Below, in pieces: positions 21,179 to 29,626 of a stretch of DNA of 52,499 bases. A program made the translations under genes and the position numbers. Position 1 is the first letter of the stretch. Every line of letters starts with the position of its first letter. This DNA comes from a virus. Lineage: Duplodnaviria; Heunggongvirae; Uroviricota; Caudoviricetes. The stretch is taken from the IMG/VR virus record IMGVR_UViG_3300001528_000174, positions 128,001-180,499 of that record. One strand, 5' to 3'. Below the pieces are notes generated by a model. It ran no database searches, was not told the origin of the DNA, and saw nothing but the letters and a program-made list of their open reading frames with translations.

Positions 21179-22431
21179 TAATATAATTGTTTAATAGTCT
21201 CATCCAAATCATCTCTTCTAGCTTTAAAGCTTGGTTGCAAAGGAATGCCGTCTTCAGAATAGTAGAAGAACTTGCATTCTCCGAAATGTCCTTTATATTC
21301 AGTATCAAAATTCTCTACATAGTATTCTTTTAATGCTCTATCTCCCCATGGTTTAGCCTTAAAAGTTCTACCATCAGGTAACTCCATTATAAAGACCATA
21401 TCTTCAGAGCCTCGTAAACCTAACTCATAATCTACAATTTTAAAGCAATCATCCTTATAATTTTTAAATTTAATCATTACATTCTTTCTAGAGCCAAACT
21501 CATATAGACCTTCTGGATCTCTACAGACAACTCCTTCCCAACCTTCAGCTACATATTGGTCATGTAATTTCATAATATTATCATAACCTGTAACTTTTAC
21601 TTGAGGTAAGATTTGTAAATGTAATTCAGAATCAGTAAAATCTTTATTAGGATTAAATCCAAGTTTAAGATATTTAGTAATTCCAATTAACATTTTTAGT
21701 CTAGTTTTAAATGGAATATTAGGAACCATTATGTCATAAATAAAATATTGTAGTTCGTCGCAATCTACAGCATTTTTTTCCATTCTAGCCGCACTATTTA
21801 TCTTAGCTAAAGACCAACCATGTTTATAAAGTTCTCCATCTAATTTGATTGAAGGATGCTCTTTAAAAAACTGTATTAAGAGTGGATGCTTTCTTATATG
21901 AGTAGTACCAAAGTCATAATTCCCTCCCCCTCTAGAAGCAGATTTTATTTCTTTACCATTCCAATAGAAAGAACATCTAAGTCCATCAACTTTTCTACTA
22001 GCATAATAGTAAGGAGTATTATCAATAGTTTTTCTAGCTACTTTACTGGCTTGCTTAGCTAGCATATGTTTAGGAAATCCGTTACCATCAGTATTATACT
22101 CAGGTAAAAAGTCAAGAATTACTTTTTCTTCCTTGGTGTCAGGGTCTTCTTTTACTTCTTTATAACCTTTATCTTTATATTCTTTAAGTTTAGAATTAAA
22201 TTGAAGTTGAGTTTGCTCTCTAAGAGTTCTATTTACTAAACCCTTCTTTATAGGAATATCTGGATGGTCTAATCTTTTTCCATTTAACTGCCAAGTCTGT
22301 CTTTTAATAAGGTAGGCATGAGCAGAATCACTCCACTCATACCATATTCTTACACATCTAACTTTACCTTTAGCATCTTTAGATACTAAGTAAGCGTTAG
22401 TTTTAAATTCTTTTTCAAATAAATCAGACAC
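21178..22431 (-). CDS. ATP-dependent DNA ligase
   Basis: KVDGLR adenylation motif, LDGELY, FIYD, EGVV, and KFK motif V. Confidence 0.93.
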   Translation of the reverse strand: MSDLFEKEFKTNAYLVSKDAKGKVRCVRIWYEWSDSAHAYLIKRQTWQLNGKRLDHPDIPIKKGLVNRTLREQTQLQFNSKLKEYKDKGYKEVKEDPDTKEEKVILDFLPEYNTDGNGFPKHMLAKQASKVARKTIDNTPYYYASRKVDGLRCSFYWNGKEIKSASRGGGNYDFGTTHIRKHPLLIQFFKEHPSIKLDGELYKHGWSLAKINSAARMEKNAVDCDELQYFIYDIMVPNIPFKTRLKMLIGITKYLKLGFNPNKDFTDSELHLQILPQVKVTGYDNIMKLHDQYVAEGWEGVVCRDPEGLYEFGSRKNVMIKFKNYKDDCFKIVDYELGLRGSEDMVFIMELPDGRTFKAKPWGDRALKEYYVENFDTEYKGHFGECKFFYYSEDGIPLQPSFKARRDDLDETIKQLY

Positions 22432-22879
22432 GTTCTAGAGTCTTTAAAGCATCATAAAGTTGTTCTGGAGTCTCGACTGTTACAGTTTCCCCATTTATTT
22501 CCCATTCCTTATCTACATCTTCGTACAACCACCAGTTAATATCATCAGCAGTATCGGAATCAAAATTAGCTAAAGCATCTATTAAGTATTGAATGATATA
22601 AGCTACAGATTCACATATAGAGGATTCAAATAATTCACACCCAAGAACCTCTTCAATTTTATCAAGTTCTTTTTGGTATTCTTGAATAAGTCTTAACGCT
22701 TTACAAAAACTTTCTTTCTTAACATCTCTAAAGACATCGTAGGCTTTATTTGCTCCTTCTATATAATCAGTATAAGCAGACTCTACAGCATCTGGATGTT
22801 TTTCTGGTTCAAGTATAACTTTATTGGCGTACTCTTTACCCAATACTTGCATTCTTTCTAAAAAAGTATTCTTTCTCAT
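22424..22879 (-). CDS. Hypothetical protein
   Basis: 151 aa with INWWLYE...TPEQLYDAL. Confidence 0.65.
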   Translation of the reverse strand: MRKNTFLERMQVLGKEYANKVILEPEKHPDAVESAYTDYIEGANKAYDVFRDVKKESFCKALRLIQEYQKELDKIEEVLGCELFESSICESVAYIIQYLIDALANFDSDTADDINWWLYEDVDKEWEINGETVTVETPEQLYDALKTLERV

Positions 22880-23376
22880 TACTTTACTCCTGATTTACCA
22901 TAACCACTATCACCTCTATCTGTATTATCTAAAGATTTTACACTAACAAAATTAGCTTTCTCTATTTTATTTAAAACTCCTTGAGCAATTCTATCACCTT
23001 GGCATACTACAAAAGGTTCTGTACCATTATTCATAAGAATTACTCCAATATTTCCTCTATAAGGAGCGTCAATAGTTCCTGGGGTATTTAATACAGTTAT
23101 TCCTTTCTTTAATGCAAGACCGCTACGAGGACGGACTTGCAATTCGTAACCTTCAGGAATAGCCATATAAAGACCTGTCGGAATAAGAGCACGACCACCT
23201 GGATTTATAGTTACTGTATCATCAAAATAATCAAGAGTGGCGTTAAATAAAAATTCATTACTATCTATTTCAATAACATTAGCTCTAAAATCAAATCCTG
23301 CATCGCCTTCATGTGCATATTTAGGAAGTTCATTACTAGATTTATTTACTACATTAATATCAATAGTTGTGCTCAT
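22879..23376 (-). CDS. dut: Trimeric dUTPase
   Basis: AGFD, RSGLA, GTIDAPYRG, GDRIAQ and RGDSGYGKSG motifs. Confidence 0.95.
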   Translation of the reverse strand: MSTTIDINVVNKSSNELPKYAHEGDAGFDFRANVIEIDSNEFLFNATLDYFDDTVTINPGGRALIPTGLYMAIPEGYELQVRPRSGLALKKGITVLNTPGTIDAPYRGNIGVILMNNGTEPFVVCQGDRIAQGVLNKIEKANFVSVKSLDNTDRGDSGYGKSGVK

Positions 23377-23629
23377 TAAGATAAGAAATTAAATTAGAAA
23401 TTACATTGTCATTATCTTCTGCATAAAAAGCTTTAATTACTTTATCATCTTTTTTAACTAATGCAAATGGAGTTTGATTACTTCCCCATTCTTGCTGTAT
23501 CTTGTAAGCTTTACTACGTTCTTTTTTAGAACCTCTATCTAAGAATTGCATAAATGCTTCTCCATTATAAGAATTTTTAAATAACTCTTCTAATTTGGGA
23601 TTATTATGAATTAATATTATATCAATCAT
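23360..23629 (-). CDS. Hypothetical protein, possible Cys-less thioredoxin fold
   Basis: 89 aa; WGSNQTPFALV resembles a cis-Pro loop. Confidence 0.5.
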   Translation of the reverse strand: MIDIILIHNNPKLEELFKNSYNGEAFMQFLDRGSKKERSKAYKIQQEWGSNQTPFALVKKDDKVIKAFYAEDNDNVISNLISYLNEHNY

Positions 23630-25095
23630 AATAGCATAGTTACATCACTTCTAGTTCTAGACATACTTACATACTGTAATTGTCTAAGAGTTTCTTCATC
23701 TTTAGCTCTAAAAATATCTTTCATATCTACAAATACATTATCATAAGATGAACCTTGTGAACGATGGGTAGTAATAGCATAACCATATTTGAAAGTTGCT
23801 TTTCTAATGCATCTGCCGTCTGTAAATAATTCTTTGGAAGTACAGAAACTCCCCATTAATGCATAGTAAATCCCCCATTTTTTACTTCTATCATAACCCT
23901 TAGCTCTAATGGCTTCAGTTCTTATGGATTCTATAGTTATAGCTAAATCTTCAGAGCATTCTTCTGGAGCTAATAAAGGAATTTCAAATGAAGTATCATT
24001 ATATTCATCATATAATTTTACTTTATAACCTTTACAAGTATTATAATAAGGCACTTTAATAGTAGTAGGAGTAAAACTTTCAACTATATAATCCATAGAA
24101 TTAGTTACTTCATACCCATCTTGTTTAAAGTTTTCATAAGCCATTAAAATTTCCCCTTTATGAAGAAATTGATTATCCTTCCATAGTAACTTATGAATAG
24201 CTTTATTATAATTATTTACACGAGCATTAGTATATGCTAGTATTTTTGTATGAAGAATATCCTTATTTGCAATCTCTTGTTTAAATTCAGAAACCGCCTT
24301 TTTACAAAAATTCTCCAAATCAGACTCTACAAAGAGACTTCCATCTTCACCTTCACAGTTGTTCCACTGATGTATTGAAGAGTCTCTAAGCGTCTGTAAA
24401 ATATCTTTTAGACCACTTTTTTCAGATTGACGATATATTTTAGTCAGTCTAAATTGATGTTTACATTTAAATACTTTTGATTGCTCATCTTCTTTTACAG
24501 GATTTAATTGAGCATAATCATCACAAAAGATAATCATAGTACCCATTAAGCTGCACTTCTCTACCAGCAAATCATATAAATCACTACTTACCATTGAAGC
24601 TTCATCACATATAATTATGCCGTCATATGGTATGGACATTTTTTTATCATCAGAAGCAAAAAATCTTAGCTCTCTAATATCTAGTTTAAGAATATCTACT
24701 TTAGGGGATAGTGCCAACATACTGTGAAGAGTAGCTGCATCATAATTGTTATACTTTTTAAGAACTAAAGCAGCTTTATGAGTAGGTGCACATAGTTTAA
24801 CAGAGAATCCTTTAGTATTTATCCACTCTAAAAGGAAGCTAGTGCAAAGCGATTTACCACAACCAGCTGCCCCACCTAAATTAATTGGATTTAAGAAGTC
24901 TTTATTTTTAAAATTATATAGTATAATATCAACTATATCGTGAAGAACTTGTAATTGTTCTTCTCCTAAAGTTATTTGCTTTTCCTCTTCAATAAATCTT
25001 AGCCAATCATTTCCTTCTACAAAAGGATTATCTATCATTTTTGGTCTTTCTGGAGATCCGTCAAAATTATCTATACAAATAAAATCACTTTGCAT
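23626..25095 (-). CDS. SF1B (Dda/RecD-like) DNA helicase
   Basis: GAAGCGKS, APTHKAA, DEASMV, QLNPV, LTKIYRQ, YAITTHRSQGSSY and YVSMSR motifs. Confidence 0.92.
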   Translation of the reverse strand: MQSDFICIDNFDGSPERPKMIDNPFVEGNDWLRFIEEEKQITLGEEQLQVLHDIVDIILYNFKNKDFLNPINLGGAAGCGKSLCTSFLLEWINTKGFSVKLCAPTHKAALVLKKYNNYDAATLHSMLALSPKVDILKLDIRELRFFASDDKKMSIPYDGIIICDEASMVSSDLYDLLVEKCSLMGTMIIFCDDYAQLNPVKEDEQSKVFKCKHQFRLTKIYRQSEKSGLKDILQTLRDSSIHQWNNCEGEDGSLFVESDLENFCKKAVSEFKQEIANKDILHTKILAYTNARVNNYNKAIHKLLWKDNQFLHKGEILMAYENFKQDGYEVTNSMDYIVESFTPTTIKVPYYNTCKGYKVKLYDEYNDTSFEIPLLAPEECSEDLAITIESIRTEAIRAKGYDRSKKWGIYYALMGSFCTSKELFTDGRCIRKATFKYGYAITTHRSQGSSYDNVFVDMKDIFRAKDEETLRQLQYVSMSRTRSDVTMLL

Positions 25096-25498
25096 ATAAA
25101 TATAGTTGCTCTCCTTTCGGAGTTAAGAAATTTAATGTAAAAGCATCTATTCCTTCTTTATTATAATTTTCCCAAGTGTTTCTTGCAATAGCTTCCTTTA
25201 AGGATTTATTATAATATACCATATCTAAGATTGTTTCCCAATATACATCATTATTTGATGTTTTGAAAGTTAATAATAATTGATATTTCTTAAAAAGTTC
25301 TAAATTTATTTGGGGTTCAAATTCAAATCTAGGACTATCATATTTATCTTTCCAGGTAACATCATAGCAATGTAATTCAATCCATTTATTAGGAAGACCC
25401 ATTGGAAGCCCCATTATTATAGGTCCAAAATAAATGGAAGGTTTAGGAAATTTAAACCATTTCCTAACCTTCCACCATGTTCTAAGAGGATTTTCCAT
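25085..25498 (-). CDS. Hypothetical protein
   Basis: 137 aa with WKDKYDSPRFE. Confidence 0.65.
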   Translation of the reverse strand: MENPLRTWWKVRKWFKFPKPSIYFGPIIMGLPMGLPNKWIELHCYDVTWKDKYDSPRFEFEPQINLELFKKYQLLLTFKTSNNDVYWETILDMVYYNKSLKEAIARNTWENYNKEGIDAFTLNFLTPKGEQLYLYAK

Positions 25499-25751
25499 CA
25501 GCTCTTTTTAGATAAGGTAATAATTCTTTTTCTATTAAAGAATAAAATGGAACATTATATTTAGGATCTATTCTTTCTCCATATATGGCTTGAATAATTC
25601 CTTCTTTATCTAAATTCCATTCATCCTCATAAGTCAACATAGAAGCTACAGATAAATCTGAATCTGTATGTAAGAGTTTTATATATTCAAATATATCTTT
25701 AATATTTACTTCTAATTCATCATTTGTAAGATAACAATATGGAATTTTCAT
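25482..25751 (-). CDS. Small hypothetical protein
   Basis: 89-aa coupled ORF. Confidence 0.6.
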   Translation of the reverse strand: MKIPYCYLTNDELEVNIKDIFEYIKLLHTDSDLSVASMLTYEDEWNLDKEGIIQAIYGERIDPKYNVPFYSLIEKELLPYLKRADGKSS

Positions 25752-25996
25752 GATTTTAAAGATAAAGTAGTTATATATTGAGCTATTTCTTGTATAATTT
25801 CTTTTAATCCTGAATCTGTAGGATTATTATCTTTATAGCCCCGTAATGTTAAAAATCTCTTAGTATAGACTCTAGCTTCTGGCATCCATTTATCAAACAC
25901 TTCTCTATCAGATAATGTTGAAGGAAATAAATACTTAATCCAATTCCAATATATAGAAGTATCTAATTTTAAATTTCCTATAAATTCTATATTCAT
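25748..25996 (-). CDS. Small hypothetical protein
   Basis: 82-aa coupled ORF. Confidence 0.6.
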   Translation of the reverse strand: MNIEFIGNLKLDTSIYWNWIKYLFPSTLSDREVFDKWMPEARVYTKRFLTLRGYKDNNPTDSGLKEIIQEIAQYITTLSLKS

Positions 25997-26241
25997 AAAT
26001 TTAAATATTTATAGACTTCATTACATATTTCATCTTCTAGTTCCTCATTAAAAGTATCGTGATATATAATTCCTTTACTTTTAAAGTAATTTTCTAAGTA
26101 ATAATATAAATTATCACCTATATCATATACCCAAGAATACTTATTTAATGTAGTCTCCAAAAGTTCTTTTTTTATAAACTTTGAAAAATCTTTTATATCT
26201 AATTTATGATATGCTGTGTATGGAATCATTATTTCGTCCAT
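25993..26241 (-). CDS. Small hypothetical protein
   Basis: 82-aa coupled ORF. Confidence 0.6.
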   Translation of the reverse strand: MDEIMIPYTAYHKLDIKDFSKFIKKELLETTLNKYSWVYDIGDNLYYYLENYFKSKGIIYHDTFNEELEDEICNEVYKYLNL

Positions 26242-26936
26242 GGTGCTATTTCTTTAGTAGCAGTGTCAAGCACAAAAGCTTTGCAACAATCTAGCATAGC
26301 AAACTCATCATTAATTACTGGCTCAGTTCTACCTCCCCAAGTATGTCCAAATATCTGGTAGTATTCAGGAAGATGATTCTCGGTTACATAATCTTCTAAA
26401 GAGTTCCAGATACAAGAACCATACTTAGAGTGTCCTCCTCTAGACCAAGGAACTTCTTCAAGCAACGTATAGTCTTTTATAGTAACATTTAACAAGCTAT
26501 CTATAGTAAGATTATGACTTACTAACCAATCTAAAGTAACTCCTGCATGACTAAATAGGAATTTATTAGTTGGTTCAATTGTCTTATCCCATAATTCATA
26601 AGTAATCTGCAAATTAAGTGCTTCAAGTAAACTCTTTACCTCCTCAGCATTATCATAATCATACCTACACTTCAAATTACCTGTAAAATATGGACAATCG
26701 TGATTACCTAATAAACAGATAGTAGAATAAGGATGCTCTGATTCTCTATTCTTCACAAACTTAACTAAATTTCTTAAATTAATTAAAGAATCATGCTTAT
26801 TAGGTTCATCATCTATATGTTCTCCATAAGGGTCGTGATAATCTCCTAAGAATACAATAGTATCTTTCCAACTCTTACACGGTTCTTCCCAGAAAGTACG
26901 TCCATGGATATCTGGTACAATTAATACTTTACTCAT
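26229..26936 (-). CDS. Calcineurin-like metallophosphoesterase (phage Ser/Thr phosphatase-like)
   Basis: PDIHG, LGDYHD, LGNHD, SHAG and FGHT motifs. Confidence 0.9.
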   Translation of the reverse strand: MSKVLIVPDIHGRTFWEEPCKSWKDTIVFLGDYHDPYGEHIDDEPNKHDSLINLRNLVKFVKNRESEHPYSTICLLGNHDCPYFTGNLKCRYDYDNAEEVKSLLEALNLQITYELWDKTIEPTNKFLFSHAGVTLDWLVSHNLTIDSLLNVTIKDYTLLEEVPWSRGGHSKYGSCIWNSLEDYVTENHLPEYYQIFGHTWGGRTEPVINDEFAMLDCCKAFVLDTATKEIAPWTK

Positions 26937-27222
26937 TTAACCACTCTTTAAATTCGTTTATAAATTCGGGATCTTCTAATAGAGCAGTGAAGTTTTGTTC
27001 ATCTATATCTAAATCACTGTCATATATAAAATCAACATTATTTAGAAATTCTCCTAGATAACATTCTAAATTATCTTGCAACCACTCTATTATAACTGTA
27101 ATGTGATTATATTCCATAGCACTATATTCATTAAATATATCTAAGAGTGCTTGAAATACTTTTTCTTTAGTTACAGTACAAGTATGTAACTCTGACCACA
27201 TTAGTATCACATTATTTGACAT
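26929..27222 (-). CDS. Acidic hypothetical protein
   Basis: 97-aa coupled ORF. Confidence 0.6.
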   Translation of the reverse strand: MSNNVILMWSELHTCTVTKEKVFQALLDIFNEYSAMEYNHITVIIEWLQDNLECYLGEFLNNVDFIYDSDLDIDEQNFTALLEDPEFINEFKEWLNE

Positions 27223-27541
27223 TTTCGGATTCTTTTAAATATTCAGTATAGTAATCTACTAATTTATTCTCACAAACTTCTTTTATTTGTTCAGCAATAT
27301 CTTCAGCAGCTGAGTTATCTATAACATCATCTTCTAAATCGAAATGCTGTATGAAATCATCATACCAAATATCTGGATTATAAAATATATCATCTACAAT
27401 ATCTTCGGCTGTTACGTCTTCACCATAATCAGTTATAATTTCTCCTGGGTCTATATAATCTTCTAACCATTCTACTATAGCATCCACATTATAGCTGTAT
27501 TCACTAGCCATATTTATTTGTTTCTGATATATGAAATACAT
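27212..27541 (-). CDS. Very acidic hypothetical protein
   Basis: 109 aa, D/E-rich. Confidence 0.6.
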   Translation of the reverse strand: MYFIYQKQINMASEYSYNVDAIVEWLEDYIDPGEIITDYGEDVTAEDIVDDIFYNPDIWYDDFIQHFDLEDDVIDNSAAEDIAEQIKEVCENKLVDYYTEYLKESENVK

Positions 27542-27984
27542 TATAAGAGAGATTTAAATATTTTAACAATAGTACCTCTCTGAGCTGTAGGATATTTACT
27601 TTGAACTTCTTCTATAACCATTTTTGTGTCTTTAATAGTTAGAGTGACAGCTTCTTCTAATTCAGAAATTAGCTCATACAGTTCTTGTTCTGACGGCTCC
27701 TTAGGTAGGAACTCTTTAATATAAGTAATCTCGGAAGCTTCTGTGTGCGCTAAATCATTTCTATTAGCCTTTACATAAGCTTCTATAGATTTTTCACGTT
27801 CCTTAATCATTCTTTGAAGAACTTCTATTTCAGCAATCTTTTTGTCAGAATGGCTATTGTTTAATAAAGCTGCTTTAACTAATTGAGCTGTATTTAGTAA
27901 TGTAGTATTGCCATTCTTTCTAAAGCTAATAATTTCGTTATCAATTCTCTTTTCTAATTCTGTTCTATTATCGTCTTTCATCAT
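27541..27984 (-). CDS. GatB/YqeY domain protein
   Basis: VLQRMIKEREKSIEAYVKANRNDLA...E...IKEFLPKEPSEQE matches the YqeY pattern. Confidence 0.85.
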   Translation of the reverse strand: MMKDDNRTELEKRIDNEIISFRKNGNTTLLNTAQLVKAALLNNSHSDKKIAEIEVLQRMIKEREKSIEAYVKANRNDLAHTEASEITYIKEFLPKEPSEQELYELISELEEAVTLTIKDTKMVIEEVQSKYPTAQRGTIVKIFKSLL

Positions 27985-28141
27985 GTATTGTTATTTGCCT
28001 ATTTACAGTATATTGAATGCCCATATCAAATCCCATAGAGAATATAAAATCATCTATCTCATCATCAGACATTCCTAATCTAGAAAGAGTATATAACCAA
28101 ATATCTCCTGTCATAGGATCGATTACAGCTAATTCTTCCAT
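27968..28141 (-). CDS. Small protein (57 aa; not in ORF track)
   Basis: MEELAVIDPMTGDIWLY...; fills the gap between neighbours. Confidence 0.5.
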   Translation of the reverse strand: MEELAVIDPMTGDIWLYTLSRLGMSDDEIDDFIFSMGFDMGIQYTVNRQITIHDERR

Positions 28142-28351
28142 TTAATCTTGAGTTTCATATCTCATTACTTGAATAAGATAATTAATAGCATCTAGTTCAT
28201 CTAAGGATAATGATAATAATCTTCCATTAATATCAATATCATATCCATCATCATTAGCCCATTTAGTTAATGTTATATAATCGGATTTATTGCCGCTATA
28301 GGTATACTTAGTTAATTCATCCGTAATTTGGTTCACCTTCCTCTTCTCCAT
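28142..28351 (-). CDS. Hypothetical protein
   Basis: 69 aa; DYITLTKWANDDGYDI. Confidence 0.6.
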   Translation of the reverse strand: MEKRKVNQITDELTKYTYSGNKSDYITLTKWANDDGYDIDINGRLLSLSLDELDAINYLIQVMRYETQD

Positions 28352-28718
28352 GATTTAATACCTTAAAACCATATTTTATTAATTCCCTAAAATCTTTTTC
28401 TTCCTTATCTGTTAAATCTAAAGGGCGTTCTCCTACCCACATAAACTCATAAACCTCTTCATGGTCATTATATTCAAACTCTGCTATTGTGTAACAAGAT
28501 TCTGGGTTTTTAAAACAGCTTTTATGTACTCTATGCCAAGAAAAATTAGGGTCTTGATACCAGTTATCATCTTCTTTTATAAAATCTTTTTCATGTCCAT
28601 AATAACAGTTTGGATAATATCTATTAATATGATAAGCTTTTATTTCGGGAGGATTTTTTAATAGATAAGTTGCTACTTTAAACTCCAAATTATTAATTCT
28701 TCTACTCTCTATCGTCAT
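28317..28718 (-). CDS. Hypothetical protein
   Basis: 133 aa; CYTIA...VGERP. Confidence 0.6.
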   Translation of the reverse strand: MTIESRRINNLEFKVATYLLKNPPEIKAYHINRYYPNCYYGHEKDFIKEDDNWYQDPNFSWHRVHKSCFKNPESCYTIAEFEYNDHEEVYEFMWVGERPLDLTDKEEKDFRELIKYGFKVLNHGEEEGEPNYG

Positions 28719-28878
28719 TTATCTCAATAGATTCGTCTTCTTTAACCATAAATTCTATTTCATCTTCATTATAATTAAGGACATCCCATAAATAAACTTC
28801 TACATCCTCAATATCATCTGGAACTGTTACTAAATCAACACTTCCTGTAGCATAATTTAAAATAGCGCATTCTGTCAT
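28702..28878 (-). CDS. Small acidic protein (58 aa; not in ORF track)
   Basis: MTECAILNYATGSVDLVTVPDDIEDVEVYL...; ends TAG with TAA three codons later. Confidence 0.55.
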   Translation of the reverse strand: MTECAILNYATGSVDLVTVPDDIEDVEVYLWDVLNYNEDEIEFMVKEDESIEINDDRE

Positions 28879-28893
28879 ACGAAAAAAGGAGAC

Positions 28894-29370
28894 TTATTCA
28901 GCCTCCTTCCAAAATAAATTAGTACACCAAATCATTATATGATTTTCTCTATCTATTTTATAAAACTTTTGATTAGTATTAGGGTTAGTTAATGGACCAA
29001 ATTGTTTCATATAAGGTCCTAATTTAATCCAATCAAAATTATCTATATCAATTACATCATCAGGTAATAATTGTTTACCACTATACCATCCTATATGTAA
29101 TAATGGATAGTTAACTCTAACCCAATGAGCTAAGTTATTTATCTCTTTAGAATCAGAATCCCCTCCCATAAATCCTATGCAAGTAATACCTTCATTCTTA
29201 TCAATAAGTTCTTTTAATCGCCCCATTGAAAGAACTTCTCCAATATCTTGCGACAAATAAGATGAATGGCAACCAGAACACTTACAAGGGCAATTACTGA
29301 TATTAATGCACAAAGATATTTCATTAGGAAATTCTGCAAAAGTAATAGCAGTGTCAGCATATTTAAGCAT
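28894..29370 (-). CDS. nrdG: Anaerobic ribonucleotide reductase activase (radical SAM)
   Basis: CxxxCxxC (CPCKCSGC), MGG, KLGPY and TNQKFY; in the nrdD operon. Confidence 0.92.
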   Translation of the reverse strand: MLKYADTAITFAEFPNEISLCINISNCPCKCSGCHSSYLSQDIGEVLSMGRLKELIDKNEGITCIGFMGGDSDSKEINNLAHWVRVNYPLLHIGWYSGKQLLPDDVIDIDNFDWIKLGPYMKQFGPLTNPNTNQKFYKIDRENHIMIWCTNLFWKEAE

Positions 29371-29626
29371 AAAACTCTTTAATTTTATCCTCTAATATAT
29401 CAGCCATTAAGACCCCTGTGGTTCTTCCTACCTCCATATTATCTTTTAAAAAGATGAGAGTTGGAAGGTTTCTAATATGGTATTTAAGAGTAGTTTCTTC
29501 TTCGGTTTCTATATCAACTTTAGTGAGAGTAATATCAGTATGATTTTCTAATACTCTTTTTAAAATAGGTGTTAAGGCTTTACATTGCCCACACCATTCT
29601 GCTTCAAATTTTAATATTTCTTTCAT
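29363..29626 (-). CDS. Thioredoxin
   Basis: AEWCGQCK active site and IRNLPT cis-Pro. Confidence 0.9.
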   Translation of the reverse strand: MKEILKFEAEWCGQCKALTPILKRVLENHTDITLTKVDIETEEETTLKYHIRNLPTLIFLKDNMEVGRTTGVLMADILEDKIKEFYA

